Origin: Paraspadella gotoi
Lineage: Eukaryota > Animalia > Chaetognatha
Reading direction: 5' to 3'
Assembly (NCBI GenBank): GCA_051294375.1
Contig: CM119270.1
Span: 15,112,453-15,160,801, forward strand
Length of the DNA stretch: 48,349 nucleotides
The notes under the pieces were generated by a model that did not search any database, was not told the DNA's origin, and was given only the letters and a program-made list of their open reading frames with translations. Each line of letters begins with the position of its first letter. Positions within the stretch are counted from its first letter, which is position 1. This document shows positions 35,939-48,349 of the stretch, piece after piece. A program made the translations under genes and the position numbers.

Positions 35939-37226
35939 TCAGAGGCCAGGTCCTGAGAATCGTCAAATCTCGGGGCGGTTCGACTTCCGGCCACTGCGAT
36001 CCCTGGTTGGAGTAACTCACTTGGGGTTGGCTACAGACCGAATTGGTTATGCTCGAAATTTTAGGATTATGTTGGCTGGGCACTCCGGAAACGGGCGCGT
36101 GAACGGATACCATTCCGTGAGCGGCGTCGTTGATTTTCAATTCGTTAAACTGGTCTGGCAGTTTATTGGCAGTATTGTGCGTAGGTACGCTTTGATGTTG
36201 AGTTTGGGACAAAGGGCTCTGGTATGACCACAAAAGGTTCTGGGACGACGGAGGATTGTTAAGATGCAACTCACCGACCGAGGGGTGACCTGAAAGCATT
36301 TGCGGAACCGCGGATGCAACGGGATTATTTTTATTATTCGTACTCTTGTCCACGTAAGACATGCTTCGTTGATAAGGTGCGTTGTTCATTTGTTTAGGAT
36401 CCACGAAACCGTCGAGTTGACCGCCGGGCTTTTTCGCGAGAGAGTCGAGATAAGTGTAGGAGGCCCGATTGGCGGCGTCGTTGGTGTTGTTGGGATACGG
36501 GAGCCACACTGACGAGTTGATCGCCGGCAGAGTCCGACTTCTGTCGGCGTCGGACAATTGTCGATGTCCACTCTGATTAAGGCTCTCGGAATCCCTGGAT
36601 CTATTCATCCACGGATCCGTGGAGGATGGAGCGAGAGACGGCGCCGCCTCCGGCTCCGCTCCCCCGATCGTCCTCCGCCTCCACAAGTCGCTGTTGCTCA
36701 ACGCCGCCGTCCCGTGAGTCGGGCAAGAGTCGGAGTGGCCGCGATGCCGAGCCTTCGACCCTTTGCCGAGCCGGTTCGTCTTCGTCGACTTGTTGGGCGG
36801 CGAGTCGAGGATCTCCTTCCCGTGATTGAAGAGCTTGGCCCCGCCGGCCGGTGCTTGCGGCGTCGGGTCGAGCTTGGCCGGCTCGGCGAACCCTTTTAAC
36901 CTGGATTGAAAGCTGGCGTCGTACTGGTTGAGGGGGTAACCAGCTTGAATGCTGAGAGGCATCGTCGGTGGAATTTGATACATAGGGTGAGGCTGTTGAA
37001 CTCCGCTGTTGAATTGACTCGCGTAACCGTTGTTGGTCGTGCCAAGGTTGAGGTCGTTCATGGGCGGAGCCGGGTTGTAGTTGTGGGACGATTGGCTGTT
37101 CATCTGCGCGCCCGGCATGTTGGAATGGTGCTCCTGCGCTAGGTAAGGGTGTTGAGTCATGATTGGCATCCCGCTGCTGAAGTTGGAACCGGTCGAGGCG
37201 AAGGGATGACGATGATGATTAGCCAT
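35913..37226 (-). CDS. 437-aa low-complexity (S/N/P/Q-rich) ORF, probably the N-terminal part of the LITAF-domain protein
   Basis: ACC-ATG-G Kozak context at 37226; 1.3 kb open; overlaps the open frame of the LITAF ORF by 26 nt and has the same composition. Confidence 0.75.
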   Translation of the reverse strand: MANHHRHPFASTGSNFSSGMPIMTQHPYLAQEHHSNMPGAQMNSQSSHNYNPAPPMNDLNLGTTNNGYASQFNSGVQQPHPMYQIPPTMPLSIQAGYPLNQYDASFQSRLKGFAEPAKLDPTPQAPAGGAKLFNHGKEILDSPPNKSTKTNRLGKGSKARHRGHSDSCPTHGTAALSNSDLWRRRTIGGAEPEAAPSLAPSSTDPWMNRSRDSESLNQSGHRQLSDADRSRTLPAINSSVWLPYPNNTNDAANRASYTYLDSLAKKPGGQLDGFVDPKQMNNAPYQRSMSYVDKSTNNKNNPVASAVPQMLSGHPSVGELHLNNPPSSQNLLWSYQSPLSQTQHQSVPTHNTANKLPDQFNELKINDAAHGMVSVHAPVSGVPSQHNPKISSITNSVCSQPQVSYSNQGSQWPEVEPPRDLTILRTWPLILQSLQSH

Positions 37227-37797
37227 GGTTGCGGAGGAGGAGGAGGGGGTGTTCCGCGGAGGGATTGTCGACGATCGATTCCAAAGTGTCGGAGTCGGGC
37301 CCGACCGCCGGTTCCGGGTTCAAGCTGCGATCGAAGGCCATCGGCACCGGATGCTCCTCGATTCCGGCCGGTCCTCCATGCGAGAGTCTCGGCCGGACGC
37401 CGGCGAATTGAGGAGGAAGAGCGGATCGGACGCGAGGAAGAGGATTATCACATTTCGGTAATTTTCGACCTACGAGGCGATGAGGGGGCGAGAGTGAGAC
37501 AGAGGGTGTGAAAGGCATTCTTTCATGATGTCGCCGGAAGAAAGAAAAAAAGATGGAGGGAGTCCGTGCGGGTTCTTTAATTCTTTTTTTTTTTTTGGGC
37601 TCCAGTCGCGGTTTCGTGTGGCCTGAGGGGTAAGGGGATAAAATTTGTTTTAAACGGGTGAAAGAAAGAGAGAGACAGACAGACAGACAGAAAGAGAGAC
37701 AACAAACAGAGACAGTACAGAGAGAGAGAAAGAGAGAGAGAGAGAGACAAGCAGAGACACACACACACACACCAAGACAGAGAAGAGAGAGAGAGAG

Positions 37798-37859
<62 letters not shown>

Positions 37860-38511
37860 AAAGAGAAAGAAGAAAAAAGAAAAAGAAAAAAAGAGAGAGA
37901 TATTGTCAAGGGGAAAATATAAAAAAAATGATGGTACCCAAAAAAGACAATAATTTAGAACAAAAGCTACATGAATTTAAATACTTCTCATCTCTGCACT
38001 AATTGTATATTTCGATCTTGCACCGCTACATAGTGAACGAAAAAAAAAAGCCGATTATCCTTCAAAACGTCTAATACGCACTGTGGTTTTATATAGTACC
38101 TTTTTTAACGAATATATATATTTTTTTTGATACTGAAAATCAGCGCGATAAAGAATGAAACACCTTGAGAGTTAGTGCCCCCCCCCCGCGCGCAAAAAAA
38201 GAAAGTTGGCTTTTGGTTTCCATCTCATATAAGATGGAATCTCAGAGAAGAAGAGAAGATTAAAAAGACGACGAGGTTATCGACTCTGGCGGCGGGAGAA
38301 GTAACGACGGGCATCGAAGAAAAGACGCCGGGGGAAAAATTGAAAAGGAAAGGAGAAAAAAGGAAGATTAAGGTAGGGAAAGGAGAAAAAAGGGAAAATG
38401 GTAGGAGAGGAAGAAATGTAGGAAAGTTGATGGTAGGAAAAGATAGAAACAGAAAAAAAATTAAAAAAAATAATAATTAAAGGGTGAAAAAGAAACAAAC
38501 CGGTAATAAAG

Positions 38512-38513
38512 AA

Positions 38514-38597
<84 letters not shown>

Positions 38598-38740
38598 GAA
38601 AAGAAAAAATGAAAAACGAGTTAAAGAAAGACAGAAAGAAACAAAGAAAGAAAAAAAGGAAAAAAATGGGAAAAAAAGAATAACGAGTTAAAGAATGAAA
38701 TCTATATGTAGATAGAAAGAAAAAAAGAGAGAAAGAAAAA

Positions 38741-38820
<80 letters not shown>

Positions 38821-38821
38821 A
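38512..38821. repeat. (AAAG)n microsatellite blocks (38512-38596, 38740-38821)
   Basis: Direct reading. Confidence 0.95.
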
Positions 38822-39443
38822 AAATAGATACAAAAAATAAAATTAAAAAATAGTAGAAATTGAGGATTATATTTAGAAGAAAGCTGGAACGGTGAATTGA
38901 CAGGGAAAAAAAATATTTAAAAGAAAAAGAAAATAAAAAGAAGACAGACGTAAGAAGCATCGGCAAAAATCCTCGGCTTTATAATTGAGAAACTGGAAAG
39001 TGACTGACGGAAAGAATCTTTGCCAGCTGAAGGAAAAAGATGCTTTCAACTTAATAAAAAAGTTTAAAATAGGATATTTCTCTGAATATTTGTCTTTTCT
39101 TGTTCCTCTTTTTTTAGTGTATACTCTCTATGAGCTTTTAGAATTTTAACTGCTTGAAAGCATCGCAAAATTAATTTAAAATATTGAGACATCAAAAGCT
39201 TTGTTAATTATTTACAAGTAGCTTCTTTTATACAGATTTATACTAGTATAAAAAGAAATGAGGTCTACAGGAGAAAAGAACAGTGTTTGAAAAAAATGTA
39301 TTGATTTATTTAGGCCGTTGTGAATCGATATATTTTTTTTATTTCTTAGTAGTTTATTTTGTTATATTCCGATTGAAATTTATAGTAGCCAGTGATGGTT
39401 CAGTGATGTCATTTTCTTTCTCTTAGTTTTTCACAGGGATGCC

Positions 39444-39483
<40 letters not shown>

Positions 39484-39757
39484 CGAATAAAAATAAATTC
39501 CGTGATTTCTTTTAGCTTAGAATTTCGCGACGAAAATTGAAAGATTTTGTTAAAATTTTTTTTTTTTTTCACGTAATCCAATGACAAAAATTAATCCAAT
39601 GAAATTCGGGGCGCAGGGTTTGTTCTTTTCCTTTCTTTTCCTCTCTCTCTTTCTCTCTCGCACGCCCCCGACGCAGCTCAACAGACGGCAGCAGATGTGC
39701 GTGAAAAGGTCCTGCGTCGCTGCGCCCAAGGCGGCCACCACTTCCGGATGCCTTGGG

Positions 39758-39805
<48 letters not shown>

Positions 39806-39949
39806 AGAGAGAGACCAAGGAACTAGAAGAGAGTGATGCGAAATAGCGGCGGCCGCTGGCGAAGGAAGCAGCAGCAGCGCAGCGTTGAGGGGCGAAGCTC
39901 GAATGAGGGAGAACTACGCCAGCCGCGTTGTCCGTTAATAAGTAAGCTG

Positions 39950-39987
<38 letters not shown>

Positions 39988-40171
39988 CTCTTCTCTCTCT
40001 CTCTCTCTCTTTTTTCTTCTTCTTTGTTTCTTTCCATCCTCCCTGGCGTGGTTAAAATGTGAAAATTTTATTCGGATTACCTGTGTTTATTTTCTGTCCG
40101 TTTGGTCTTCCTCTCGCTGGGCAATTTACACGAACCGACTCCGCTGTCTGCTTCTTTTTCTTTTTCCCCTT

Positions 40172-40217
<46 letters not shown>

Positions 40218-40397
40218 CTCTCTCTCTCTCATCTCTCTCTCTCTGGCGCGCGCAGGCGTTATTCGTGCTCTGAGAACACCAAACCATGTCAAACCGTGGG
40301 GATTTTTTATAGCTTTTCTGGCCATGTTTTTTTTTTTTTTTTTTATTTTTTTGCGACGGATTCATGAGAGAAGAAAAGAGAGGAAGTGAAAGTGGGA

Positions 40398-40430
<33 letters not shown>

Positions 40431-41506
40431 GAGATGAAGAGAGAGGGAGAGAGGAGAGAGAGAGAGAGGAGAGAGAGAGACAGAGAGAAAGAGGAGAAAG
40501 GAGAGAGAGGAAAAGAAAGGGAAAAGAACAAACCACTGCGTCCCCGAATTTCATTGATTAATTTTTGTCATTGGATTACGGTGAAAAAAAAAAAAAAATT
40601 TTAAACAAAATCTTTCAATTTCCGTCGCGAAATTCTAAGCTAAAAGAAATCAACGAATTTATTTGGTATTCATTCGTCACGTCGTCGTCATCGTTCTGTC
40701 TTCGTCAATCGTCTGTGTCATCGTCGTCGGCATCCCTGTGAACTAAAAGTAGAGAGAAGAATACATCACGTATGACCATCTAACTGGTATATAAATTTCA
40801 TCGGAATATAACAAATAAAACTACTAAGAAATAAAAAAATATTAATCTATTCACAACGGCCTAAATAAATCAATACATTTTTTTCAAACATCTTCTTTTC
40901 TCCGTTAGACCTCATTTCTTTTTATACTAGTATAAATCGTATAAAAGAACTAACTTGTAAATGATATAACAAAGCTTTTGATGTTCTCAATATTTTAAAT
41001 TATAATTTGCGATGAGCTTTCAAGCAGTTAAATTTCTAAAAGCTCATAGAGAGTATACACTAAAAAAAAGAGGAACAAGAAAAGACAAATATTCAGAGAA
41101 TATCATATTTTAAACTTTTTTATTAAGTTGAAAGCATCTTTTTCCTTCAGGCTGGCAAAAGATTCTTTCCGTCAGTCACTTTCCAGTTTTCTCAATTATA
41201 AAGCCGAGATTTTTGCCGATGCTTCTTACGTCTGTCTTGCTTTTTATTTTTTTTTTTTTAAATATTTTTTTTTCCTGTCAATTCACCGTCCAGCTTTCTT
41301 CTAAATATAATCCTCATTTCATATTTCTATATATTTTTTTAATTTTATTTTTCTTTGCTTCTTATTTTTCTTTCTTTCTTTCTTTCTTTTTCTTCTTCTT
41401 TTCTTTTTTTCTTTTTTCTTGTCTTTGTTTCTTTCTTTTGCTTAATGTTTATCTTCTCTCTTCTTTCTTTTCTTTTTTATGTTTTCCTTTTTTTCTTCTT
41501 TCTCGT
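38620..41506. repeat. About 1-kb inverted duplication (arms about 38620-39655 and 40495-41506)
   Basis: e.g. gtaatccaatgacaaaaattaatc (about 39573) vs gattaatttttgtcattggattac (about 40556); cgtaagaagcatcggcaaaaatc (about 38949) vs gatttttgccgatgcttcttacg (about 41208). Confidence 0.9.
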
Positions 41507-41563
41507 NNNNNNNNNNNNNNNNNNNNNNNNNGAAGAGAGAGAGAGGAAGAGAAAGAGGAGAGA

Positions 41564-41617
<54 letters not shown>

Positions 41618-41763
41618 AAGGAACTAGAGAGAGGAATGCGAAAATAGCGCGCGGCCGCTGCGAAGGAAGCAGCAGCAGCGGCAGCGTTGAGGGGCGAAGC
41701 TCGAATGAGGAGAACGACCAGCCGCGTCTGCCGTTAAATCAGAGTAGCTGTGTCTTCTCGTCT

Positions 41764-41832
<69 letters not shown>

Positions 41833-41996
41833 CTTTCTTTCTTCTTCCATCCTCCCTGGTTTTAAAATGTGAAAAATTTTATTCGGATTACCTGTTTTAT
41901 TTTCTGTCCGTCCCTGGTCCTCTCTCGCTGGGCAATTTACACGAACCGACTCCGCTGTCTGCTTCTTTTCTTTTTCCCCCTTCCTGATCTCTCTCT

Positions 41997-42062
<66 letters not shown>

Positions 42063-42220
42063 CTCCTCTCTCCTCTCGGCGCGCGCACGTTTCGTGCTCT
42101 GAGAACACCAAACCATGTCAAACCGTGGGGATTTTTTTAGCTTTTCTGGCCATGTTTTTTTTTTTTTTTTTTTTAGCGACGGATTCATGAGAGAAGAAAA
42201 GAGAGGAAGTGGAAAGTGGA
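39810..42220 (+). repeat. About 0.6-kb direct duplication (39810-40398 and 41612-42220)
   Basis: gagaccaaggaactag...ggcaatttacacgaaccgactccgctgtctgc...ggattcatgagagaagaaaagagaggaagtg present twice. Confidence 0.92.
41507..41531. other. 25-N assembly gap at the end of the inverted arm
   Basis: N run of exactly 25. Confidence 1.
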
Positions 42221-42233
42221 GAGAGAGAGAGAC

Positions 42234-42285
<52 letters not shown>

Positions 42286-42462
42286 AAGGACTAAGAGAAA
42301 GAAAGTTTCGTGAGAGAAAAAAAGAGAGAGAGAGAGAGGAGACATGGCGGCGTCGTCGTCTGCGTCGTCGGCACTCTCGCAGCCATCGGCGCCGTGGCGT
42401 GCTTTCCAGGTTGTCTAAAAGACGACGTCTTGTGTGAGGATGGATAAATGCAACATGCTTTT

Positions 42463-42530
<68 letters not shown>

Positions 42531-44735
42531 CAGACAGATAGAAAGGAAAAAGAAGGTAAAACGAGAGAAATTGCAGAGGAGGGAATAAAAATGGGAAAGC
42601 AGAGAGAAGGAGGTGAAAAAAAGAGAATTAAAAGGAACGAATTGACTTTTGCGGGGAGAAAATCGAATGGGAGGAAAAGAGAGAAAATAACGAAGAGATT
42701 AAATCCACTTTTCCTCTCATCATTTACCAATCGATCAATTGTTTCACCATTTTAAGTTTTAGATTTTAAAATATTAATATATCTAAATCTAAAAACTATT
42801 TAACTATTATTGAGAAAGGGATGTTAGCGTTGTCTTCTGGAAATAGAGGAAGCTTCTATACAACGCAAGGTTATATTACTTTCTGCCCTAGTTTTCTTGC
42901 GTCATTCCAGAAAGAAAGTCATTAATAAAAACCTGAAAATGATATATAATTACATATAATCATAAATAATTCAAAAATGTTATTTTTTTCGGCCTTGAAA
43001 TGTGAATTATTTTTCCGTTCGCTTCATTCGCTAATCAAAATTCTCGGTTCGAAGACTTGAAAATCTCTCTCCGCCATTTGTTCCTCCGCGACTGACTAGT
43101 TTTTTTTTTAAATTAATTCCCCACCGAAATTATTAAGAGAGATGGGACGGGGGGGCTGAGGGAGATAGAGGAGAGAAAGGAAAGGAAAGGGGAAAAAAAA
43201 AGAAAAAAAGAAGCCCAAAAAATGGAGAAAACTGTGAATCGCTCGAGAGGAGAAAGAAGTCTTGAAGGAACAAAAGAGAATCGCTTATGCGGAGGGGAAT
43301 GAAAAGGGAGAAAAAGTAGAGGGGCAGAGAAAGGAAACGTTACTTAACAGTAAAGATTTGAATCCAACTGGAACAAGAAGGGAATAGAAAGTACAGGAGA
43401 AAAAAAAAGAAAAAAGAGAAAATAGAAGAAGCTGGAAAAAGAATGAAAAAGGAATATAAAAATAAAATAATAATAGGGAGATAAAAATTAAAAGAAAGAT
43501 AGATTATAATAAAGGAAAGGGTATGAACAGAAGGAAAGTCGAGATAAAGAAAGGAAACAATAGAAAAGAAAGCAAAGGGTTTTTTATCATGGTTTTGTAA
43601 ATCTAATTTAAAAAAAAAAGATAGCAAGCAAAATTTAAAAAAAAGTTGGAAAATATGTGGATGGAAAAAATGATGAGTCTCGTCTCAAAAAAAAAATTGC
43701 CTTGTGAAAAAATAATTGAGAATAAAGCGGAGCAAAAAAAAAACTGTCAATACGATCATGTGAGAAATTCACAGCCGATTCTCCAGGAAAAATTGCATTT
43801 CCAGGTCATCAATTAACGTTAAGCTTTTTTTTTTTTCATTCTCAATTTTTTTAAATGAATAAAATTATGGTTAAAGGAGTCTATTTAGCATGATATCCTT
43901 TGTTTTTCATTAATTTCGTAACGAGTGAGTCAAAGTGCACAACCTCCTTGAAACGTGGAACAACGGACTGAGAGTGCGGGATCAAAGTCAGCTACTACAT
44001 GAATTTCCCCGCGCAAAATTGGCCAAATTCGAGAAAAGTCTATGGTTCGAAATTCCCCGCGACTCTGGGAAAAAAAAAAGAGTAATGGACCGGGGGTGGG
44101 GGAAGGCGGGGGGAGGCGGGGGGAGATCGAGGGTTTGTGTGGGGGGGCGTGAGGGGGAGGCAGGACAGAGGAAAGACAGCGGACGAGGAGAGATAGCGAG
44201 TCCTGTTGGCAGGTTTTGAGAAGAGGGGGGGGGAATGTGGAATAAAGGGGGAGAAGGGAAAGAATGTTGAAAATGGGGGGGGGATGTAGGGGAGGAAGTA
44301 GTTGGGGGGAAAAGAAGATGCTGTATGTTGTTGTTACTGCTATTAAGTTGTATAAGAAAAAAAATAGGCAATTAGTTAAAATTTTTATTGTTAGTATTGT
44401 TTTTCTTCAAAAGCTACTGTTCCTAAAATTTTTTTTTCCCCCAACGCGCTCTGTAAATATGGAGATGACGTCTGTTGGCAGGCAACCGCAATTAATAATA
44501 CTCACGCCACACATTTATTTTCTCAGCTTTCTTTTCCAGTCTCGTCGTTTATCCGGCTGCGTGCGAAACAGAGAGAGAGAGAGAGAGAGAGATAGAGAGA
44601 GAGAAAGAGAGGAGGCGGGGGTAAATAAAGACGTGGAGGACAATGGCTGACAAATTGTCGCCCGCGTTAGAGGTCACCCAAAACTGTCAGAGCCTGGGAG
44701 AACGCCCGTTCGCTCTCGCCTTACCACGCGCTGGT

Positions 44736-44737
<2 letters not shown>

Positions 44738-44824
<87 letters not shown>
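44738..44824. repeat. (AG)n microsatellite
   Basis: Direct reading. Confidence 0.95.
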
Positions 44825-44827
<3 letters not shown>

Positions 44828-46451
44828 CGGGAAGAAGGAAGCTTCATTGGTGACATTGTTGTCTCACCATTATTGTCAGTTTTAAATGATCATTTTTTCT
44901 ATAAACTGTCTTTTGTCATTTCATTGTCTTTAAAAGTTTAAAACCGGAACCCGCCCTTGTTATATAACCTACGTTAATCCTGACTTTTCTTTTTTGATGA
45001 GAAGATGAAATAAAGAGAACAACGCGGTTGAGTCTCAACTTCTGCCTTCCTATTTTTATGCCAAGAATCTTTTTCCATCCGGGAGAACTTCATTATATCG
45101 AGTGGAGAGAGAGATCGGGAGATAGAATCGTTCAACGCCTTTCTTTCTTTTCTTTCTTTCTTTTGGAATCGATCTTAATGGAGAAAGTTTTGACTTTATT
45201 CGCCTCCACATCCGGCTTTTCTTTGACATCCGCCTCCACCTCGATATTGGATTGTTCTTTTGTCTTCGCCTCCGTTATCTCTATCTGTACAATAAAGTGT
45301 AGTATTCTTCATACGTATACAATACAATATATCTTTGTTAAGCGCAAAACCAGGTCACAGTCTGGCCCCCTTTCGGCGATCAGTCTCAAAAGAATTAGTT
45401 TTGTCGTGGCCTGGGTTAGAAAATTCCGGCGTATCGCAAAAATCCTAACATACAAACGAAATTAAGAGTTGCTTAAATTCTAAAACGTCTTCAACGAAAA
45501 AATTTGTTTCGTCAAACCGATTACATTCCCCTTCCTCCTCCTACGGGCGTCCTCCGCCTTTCTCGACGTCTTCCGCAATTCGAAAGACAATTGCCAACAT
45601 CAGTCGATGAAATCTACCGCGAAACTGGCAAGGCTCTTGAGGGGATTGAACGGAGGCACGGACGGACGGACGTACATACGGAAGGACGGACGGACGGACG
45701 GACTCGTGGAAAGAAGAAAACCAGAATTTAAATTTAAAAAAAACTCGCATTGAAAGTTACTGAGAGTTAATTTTAAAAGTGAGACAAGTAAAAATATTTC
45801 TGGAAGTAAATCGGTATTGTTGTTGTTGTCGCCGCAGTATCCCTTTTTCTATTTTCAGATCAGGTTTGATCATTATACTTTTGTTTGTATCCCCATTCCC
45901 CACCCATCTTCCCCACCCATCTTCCCCACTGCCCGCCCTCCGTCCAATTCCCAAATCCATATCTCATTTTCATCCCCCTATATTCTCTCGCCCTAACGAC
46001 CCAAATAGGCGGCGCAAGCAGTCACTTAAATTTGAGGATTGGACAATCGCAAAAACCAAAAGAATTGCCCCAGACAACATTATCGCAATCCACCCAGATT
46101 CGTAATGTAGATTTCATACTCACTCACTCAGCGTGATCCATCATGCGACGATCCATATCACTTCGCTTCAAAAGTAAACTCTCCCCCCCCCCTCACGAAC
46201 TAATAATTCCCCGAATCGGATTCAAAAATCACACCAATCTCACGCGACGATCATTTCTAGGAAATGATGCGCGCAACGCGTTGAAGGCCAAACGAATTCA
46301 GCTCACGAGGATTCACGAGGATTTCACAAAGTCGTGGCGGAGTGAACTCACGAGCTTTGACGACTAATTATCTTCACGTCGGAAACAGACGCTCGGGGGA
46401 AAGGAAGGGCGCAGGGGAGGATGAGTTACGAGGGAGATTCGGGCGCAAAGT

Positions 46452-46495
<44 letters not shown>

Positions 46496-46663
46496 TTGAT
46501 GATGGTTATGTTGTTCAGTTTGATATTTTATGTAGATTATGATGGTGATGATGTTGTTTCTCGGTTACTATGATATTAATGATAATGATAGAAATAATAT
46601 CAGTTTGATGTATTATATAGCTTATGACGGTGATAATGAGAGTCTTGATGACAAAGATATTCT

Positions 46664-46729
<66 letters not shown>

Positions 46730-46730
46730 C
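46452..46730. repeat. (GAT)n microsatellite blocks (46452-46503, 46664-46730)
   Basis: Direct reading. Confidence 0.9.
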
Positions 46731-47175
46731 GATGCTGCTGACGACGATCTAGTAAATAAAGCGCCTAACGAAAAACAAGTCGAAAACAGAGAGAAATCTT
46801 CTTGTTCTGTTTTCGCCCTTCAATGAGAAGAGGTCGTGAAGAGGCTACTAGATCCGAAACGACCAGGCGAAAAGCAAGTTTTACTCAATGACTAACTTAA
46901 TGAGTCAAGCTCGACAAATATACCATATAGAAAATGCAAGTGGAGTAAATCCATATATAAAGAGAAATGCCGTTCATATTTTCCTGTGATGAACCATCAG
47001 ATTTTTCGAAAAGAAATTCTTTTGGAAGGAGATTAAGAAGAAAAAAATTTAAAAACAGAAGAAGAAAAAGAGAAGAAAATAAAAAGAAAAAGGATGAAAA
47101 AGAGAAGAAAAAGAAAAGAAAAGAGAAGAAAAGGACTGCAATTGGGTTGAAGGGTCAAGATTGAAGCTCGTTAAA

Positions 47176-47212
<37 letters not shown>

Positions 47213-47895
47213 TAAAACTATATTTTTTTAAAAGATTCTAGAAATGTATCATGTAACAAGTAGTTTAATAATATCTATGTATCTATTTTCTTTTCAATTT
47301 CAACATCTTTTCTTTCATATTTAATTTCCAATAGAGCATTTTAATAACTTTAATCGATGAACCATTTATGTAAGACTCACAATTAACAATCTAAAAAATT
47401 TTAAAACTCTGCTCGAGACGAAAGAGAAAGGATAGAGAAAAAATATATTGCGGAGCTGTTGGAGAGTACAGACATAGAACCTAACCGAACCTAAAAAAAA
47501 AAAAAGCTATCACCAAAAACTGACAAAACAGCGAACAAGCATCGATAAAGAGCTTTATTTGCGGAAAGGACCTTTATTGTTCCGCGTCACGTCCCCGTTC
47601 AGTTCGTTTTTGTTCGCCTTGTTCGCCCTCGTTCGCCGTTACAACCCGACGTCGCCATCGCGAACGCAACAAACAAAAAATGTATTGTGTCGATTAGAGA
47701 ATCGTCCTCGGCTTTAGTGTTTACACTTGGGAACGCGCGAGTCTGGCGATGAGAAATTGCCGGCAAGCACCATCGATAATACCAAGCCCACTGCTTTCCT
47801 CGTTTATTCGCAGAAACTATCAAGCATTGCCGAGCGCGCTGCGGCCGACGAAAACTAACTCGGGGATTTTTTCGAATGCCAAGAGGATTTGTTTT

Positions 47896-48167
47896 NNNNN
47901 NNNNNNNNNNNNNNNNNNNNNNNNNNNNNNNNNNNNNNNNNNNNNNNNNNNNNNNNNNNNNNNNNNNNNNNNNNNNNNNNNNNNNNNNNNNNNNNNNNNN
48001 NNNNNNNNNNNNNNNNNNNNNNNNNNNNNNNNNNNNNNNNNNNNNNNNNNNNNNNNNNNNNNNNNNNNNNNNNNNNNNNNNNNNNNNNNNNNNNNNNNNN
48101 NNNNNNNNNNNNNNNNNNNNNNNNNNNNNNNNNNNNNNNNNNNNNNNNNNNNNNNNNNNNNNNNNNN
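47896..48167. other. Assembly gap (272 N)
   Basis: N run. Confidence 1.
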
Positions 48168-48349
48168 AAGAAAGAAAGAAAGAAAGAAAAAAAAGAAAGA
48201 AAGAAAGTAAAAGAGAGACACATCTCCAGAGAGCTGGATTTTAAACGTTTTACGTTCAAAAGCAACTCTCGCTGTATAAAATGTACTCGCGATGTAAAAA
48301 ATTCTCAATATACTTTTTTTTTGTGCAGAGACGAACGTCGTTTATCGGA

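Noticed and set aside
34104-37511. Plus-strand and alternative-frame ORFs overlapping the LITAF gene (e.g. 34190-34771 +, 34104-34838 -, 35674-35994 -)
   Set aside because: Expected shadow ORFs of GC-rich coding sequence, with no recognisable domains
45504-46826. Short ORFs at 45504-45750 and poly-Asp ORFs at 46342-46826
   Set aside because: No recognisable domain or consistent exon chain; the poly-D comes from (GAT)n repeats

Overview
Eukaryotic (animal, most likely invertebrate) genomic scaffold: AT-rich, dense in microsatellites, with GT-AG introns and six N-gaps. Three genes can be reconstructed by hand. (1) A 9-exon MS4A/CD20-family four-pass membrane protein on + (ATG 2496, stop 26525, about 500 aa), with PPxY motifs near both ends. 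(2) A 3-exon (possibly 4-exon) glycoprotein hormone beta-5 (GPB5)-like cystine-knot hormone on - (28823-27968). It has 12 Cys instead of the usual 10 and may have a Cys-containing C-terminal extension behind a TGA/TGC-discordant codon. (3) A very long, apparently intronless LITAF-domain gene on - (about 37518/37226-34151), split into overlapping ORFs that are each joined by a +1 frame step. About 9.5 kb (12281-22091 vs 22121-31385) is duplicated in tandem, and 38.6-42.2 kb carries an inverted plus a direct duplication. Both sit next to 25-N gaps and differ by scattered indels, so they are most likely long-read gap-filling artefacts, and frameshifts anywhere in the window need caution. No CRISPR, rRNA or intact transposon was recognised. 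All family calls come from motif recognition; no searches were run.
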